This document shows, one piece after another, positions 59,901-64,000 of a stretch of 64,000 nt of DNA. Position numbers and translations under genes: made by a program. The stretch is from the human T2T-CHM13v2.0 reference genome, Homo sapiens. Within the stretch, counting starts at the first letter, position 1. Each line of letters starts with the position of its first letter. The notes beneath the pieces were generated by a model. That model was not told where the DNA came from. It was given only the letters and a program-made list of their open reading frames with translations, and did no database searches. The stretch is from assembly GCF_009914755.1 (NCBI RefSeq), contig NC_060927.1; one strand, written 5' to 3'.

Positions 59901-60289
59901 CAGCAGTATATAAAGCATTTCACCTCCTTTACACAACTTATTCCTTTTAAAGAAAAAATAAAAATGTAAAAATGAGTAAATAAAACTGAACGCAGGTGAA
60001 ACATAAGTTTTAAACTTTATTTTGGTCATGTTATTATTTTTATTGAAAACCTAAGCAATGATTGTATTTTTTACATGATGTTAAGCACTGTTAAGCATAT
60101 ATTAATGCAGTACATGCAGCTCATGGTTCTCATGCAGTCAAGCAGAAGCCCCTGCTCAAAGCTTCCCAGTTACTTCTTCATTGCTTTCATGTTTGCCAAT
60201 CTGCCTTTCTGAAAGACTGTCCCAGGACTTCATTCTATTCAAAATACTGTACTAGAATTGTCATTTTAAAAAGTTAGAGATTCTTAAAT

Positions 60290-62980
60290 TATTCCCGACA
60301 AAGGTAACATAAGAAAAGTAAACTACAGATCCAAATCTCAGATGAGTATAAACACAAAAGTCCTGAACAAAATACTAGCAAACTGATTCCAGCAACATAT
60401 ATCATAAAACGGATGATATACCATGACTAAATGGGATTTATTCCAGCAATGCAAGGTTGGTTTAACATTCAAAACTCAATTTATGGAATGTATCATATCA
60501 GCAGATAAAAGGGAAAAAACATGATCATCTTAAAAGATGAAGAAAAAGCATTTGACAAATCCAACACCCTTTCAATGAACTGGAAACAATCAATGAATTA
60601 GGAATAGACAGGAACTCTCTCAACCTAATAAAAAGCATCTATTGGAAACCCACAAGAGGCCTGGCACAGTGGCTTGTGCCTGTAATCCCAGCACTGTGGG
60701 AGGCCGACAAGGGAGGATCACTTGAGGCCAGAAGTCTGAGACCAGCCTGGCCAACATAGCAAAACCCCATCTCTACTAAAAAGAAAAATGGCCGGACATG
60801 ATGGCACATGCCTGTAATCCCAGTTACTCGGGAGGCTGAGGCACGAGAATCGTTTGAGCCTGGGAGGCAGAGGTTATAATGTGAGCCAAGATCACACCAC
60901 TGCACTCCAGCCTGGGTGACAAACAAACAAACAAACAAAAAACCTGGAGGTAACATCACATTTCACTTCTAGGGTTATGAACAAGACAAGGATGTCCATT
61001 TTTCCATGCCTTTTTAAAACTGTGCTGGAGGTTCTAGGCAGTATCACTGAACAAGAAAAGCAAAAGATATCCAGATTGTAAGGGAAGTAGTAAAGAATAT
61101 CTCTGTTGAAAATGATCTTGAATATAGAAAATTATCTGGAGTTCACTAAAAACTATTAGATCTAAAAAAAGATTTTAGCAAAGTTTTATGGTACAAGATT
61201 AATATGTAAAAATCAATTGTCTATATATTGGCAATGAACAATCTTAACATGCAATTCAATTTGCAATAGCATCAAAAAGAATAAAAGATTTAGGAATAAA
61301 CTTAACAAATGAAGTGCAGAACTTATAATCTGAAGACTACCACTGTTGAAAGAAATTTAAAAAGACCTAAATAAATGGAAAGGCATTCCATGTTCATGTT
61401 GGGAGGTTTAATATTGTGAAGATATCCCCAAGTTTATCTGCAAATGTAGTGCAATCCCTTTAAAAATCCCAGCTGCCTTTGTTGCAGAAATCGACAAGGC
61501 GATCCTGAAATTTACATGGAAATGCAAAGGACCAGCAATATCCAAAACAATCTTGAAAAGGAACAAAATTGGAGAACTCAGACTTCTCAACTACAAAACT
61601 TATTACAAAGCTATAAGATAGCATAGTACTGGCATAAGGATAGGCATATAAATCAGTAGAATAGAAATGAGATTCTAAAAAAGTGATACTGCGTAGAAAC
61701 GCCATTACATTTATGGTTAATTGATTTTTCAGAAGGGTCCCAAGATAATAAGGGAAAAAGTCTTTTCAGTAAATGGTACAGGAATAACTGAATATCCAAA
61801 TTCAAAAGAATGAATTTGAACCCCGTTGTTAACTCAAACCTAAATGTAAGAGCTAAAACTATAAAACTCTTGGAAGAAAACTAACAAGTAAATCTTTATG
61901 ACCTTGGATTAGGTGAAGCCTTTTTATAAAAGACACCAAAAGCACCAGTGACAAAGGAAAAAAGATAAATTAGACTTCATCACAATTTAAAATTTTTGTG
62001 CTTCAAAGAACCCAGAGAGTGAAAAAGACAGTCCACAGAATGGGAGAAAATAATTGCAAATCATATATCTGATAAGGGACTTATATTCAGATTATATAAA
62101 GCATTCTTACAACTCAACAACAGAAAGACAACGCCATTAAGAAGTGGGTAAAGGACTCAAACACATTTCTCCCAAGAAAATACACAAATGTTCATCGAAC
62201 ACATGAAAGATACTCAGTGTCATTAGTCATTAGGGAAATGCAAATCAAAACCATGGTAAGATACACTTCACACCCAGTAGGATTGCTAGAATCAATAAAA
62301 TGGAAAATAATAAAGTACTGGCAAGAAAGTGGAGAAATTAGAACCTTCATACATTCCCATATGTGGGAATGTAAAATGGTGTAGCCGCATTGGAAACAGT
62401 TTCACAGTTCCTCAAAATGTTAAACAAAGATTACCATACAATCCAGAAATCACATTTCTAGATATATATCCAAGTGAAATGAAAACATACACCCATGTAA
62501 AAATGTATACATGAGCATTATTTATAATAGCGAAAAAGTGGAAACAACCCAGATGTCTATCTACTGATAAGTGGATGAACAAAATGTGATATATCTGTGC
62601 AATGGAATATTATTTGACAATAAAAAATACTAAAGTACTGATACATACTCCAACATGAATGACCCTTGAGAACATTATGCAAAGTGAAAGAAGCCAGTCA
62701 TAAAAGACCACATATTATATGATTCCATTTATAGGAAATGTCCATAATACTCAAATCTATAGGGACTAAAAGTAGATCAGAGGTTGCCTAGGGCTGGGAG
62801 ATTGAGAGTAATGGGTACAGAGTTTCTTTTTGGGTTGTTGAAAAAATTCTAAAATTGATTGTGGTTATGATTGTACAATTCTGCTGGTAAATGAAAAACC
62901 ACTAGATTGTGCACTTTAAATGTGTGCATTGTATGTCATGTGAATTATATCTCAGTGAAGTTGTTTACAAAAATGCCAGT
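60290..62980 (+). mobile_element. L1MB-like ORF2 and 3'UTR remnant (~2.4 kb) with an Alu at ~60657-60942
   Basis: Recognisable degenerate L1 RT/C-terminal region (atgcaaggttggtttaacat, gaaaaagcatttgacaaa, aaaagacctaaataaatggaa, cagaatgggagaaaat, gggaaatgcaaatcaaaacc). Many stops and deletions. Confidence 0.9.
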
Positions 62981-64000
62981 AGATGGTCAAAGAATATGAA
63001 TAAGGCAATCATGCAAGACATACAGGTGGCCAATATGCATATTTTAGGTGCTCATTCAGTATTACTAATAATTAAAATAACTCTAAATTAGAACAGTTCA
63101 TTAACTTCTTGTTGCTCCTTAGATTGACAAAGACTAAACAGACTGAAAACACCAAAAAAAAAAAGAAAGAAAAAAAAGGAATCTGCTAACAATCTTGTGT
63201 TTAAAAAAATAGGAATCTTTAAATTTCTAACTGAATTAAACAGAATTATCTGTGGTTAATTGTCTTATAGGAATGTTGTCCTTTTTTGCTAAGAATATAG
63301 CCCTAGAATTAAAATTATCCAACTGAAAGGACCTCTAGAAATCACTAAATTCAATCTGTTTATTGGCCTAGAAAGATTAAGGGATTTGTTCAAATTACAA
63401 GCTAATTAATGGCATAGACAGGTCTATATTCCAAGTTTCCTGACTTTTCTACTAGGGCTGTGCTTTTCTACAAAATTGGACACAGTTATCAAAAGCTGGA
63501 ACTTCCAAGTGCCAGAATTATAGAGGGAAAGATTGGGATGCTAGAACCTTCCCTTCTATAATGGGGACAAATTAAGATTGTTTGGGTATTCATTTTACTT
63601 CTGATTGTTTAATACTCTACATTAGCTAGTCTTGTGTTTAAATTCTATTCCCTGTCTCTTGGTCTCTTATTTTTGGATGCTTTCTTGTTCAAATTTTCCA
63701 TACAGTCTGTAAATTGGGTCTGTCTTATACAATGCATCAGACTATCCTATTATGAATCAAACAAACCTCCTATCCTGTTATTTCTTACCAGTTTTTTTTT
63801 CTGAATGCCACACTTATTAGACAATCATCCTAGACCTGTTTCACAATCTCTTTTATAGTAAGGTACTGTTGGCTTTTAATGTTTTCTCCATAAGACAACA
63901 TTTGTTTACTTCCTCAGTCTTTTTATCTGTGTGCCATAGTATCAGCATATACATCATTGTTAGTATAACCTCTTTACCAATTACTTGTTGAAATTTATAT

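Noticed and set aside
60290-62980. L1 ORF2 as a potentially active reverse transcriptase
   Set aside because: Fragmented by stops, deletions and an Alu, with no 5'UTR or ORF1.

Overview
Human (great-ape-type) genomic DNA. It contains the 5' halves of two head-to-head genes whose start codons are about 1.5 kb apart. HSPBAP1 (JmjC-domain protein, - strand) has coding exons 1-3, with exon 3 running off the left edge. SLC49A4/DIRC2 (lysosomal MFS transporter, + strand) has coding exons 1-3. The splice phases of both genes join into open frames. The rest is intron packed with Alu, L1, L2, MIR, MaLR/ERV LTRs and hAT DNA transposons. There are no prokaryotic-type systems and no RNA genes I can support. 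The most notable structure is a 3.3-kb insertion in HSPBAP1 intron 1 (9479-12780): an SVA plus about 1.27 kb of 3'-transduced foreign DNA, bounded by a 16-bp TSD and splitting an older L1. Other points of interest are a 113-bp dispersed duplication with a fold-back hairpin at its junction, several unexplained perfect inverted repeats, a perfect CLEAR/E-box cluster in the shared promoter, and a two-LTR ancient MaLR provirus. Repeat boundaries and subfamilies were judged by eye and are approximate.
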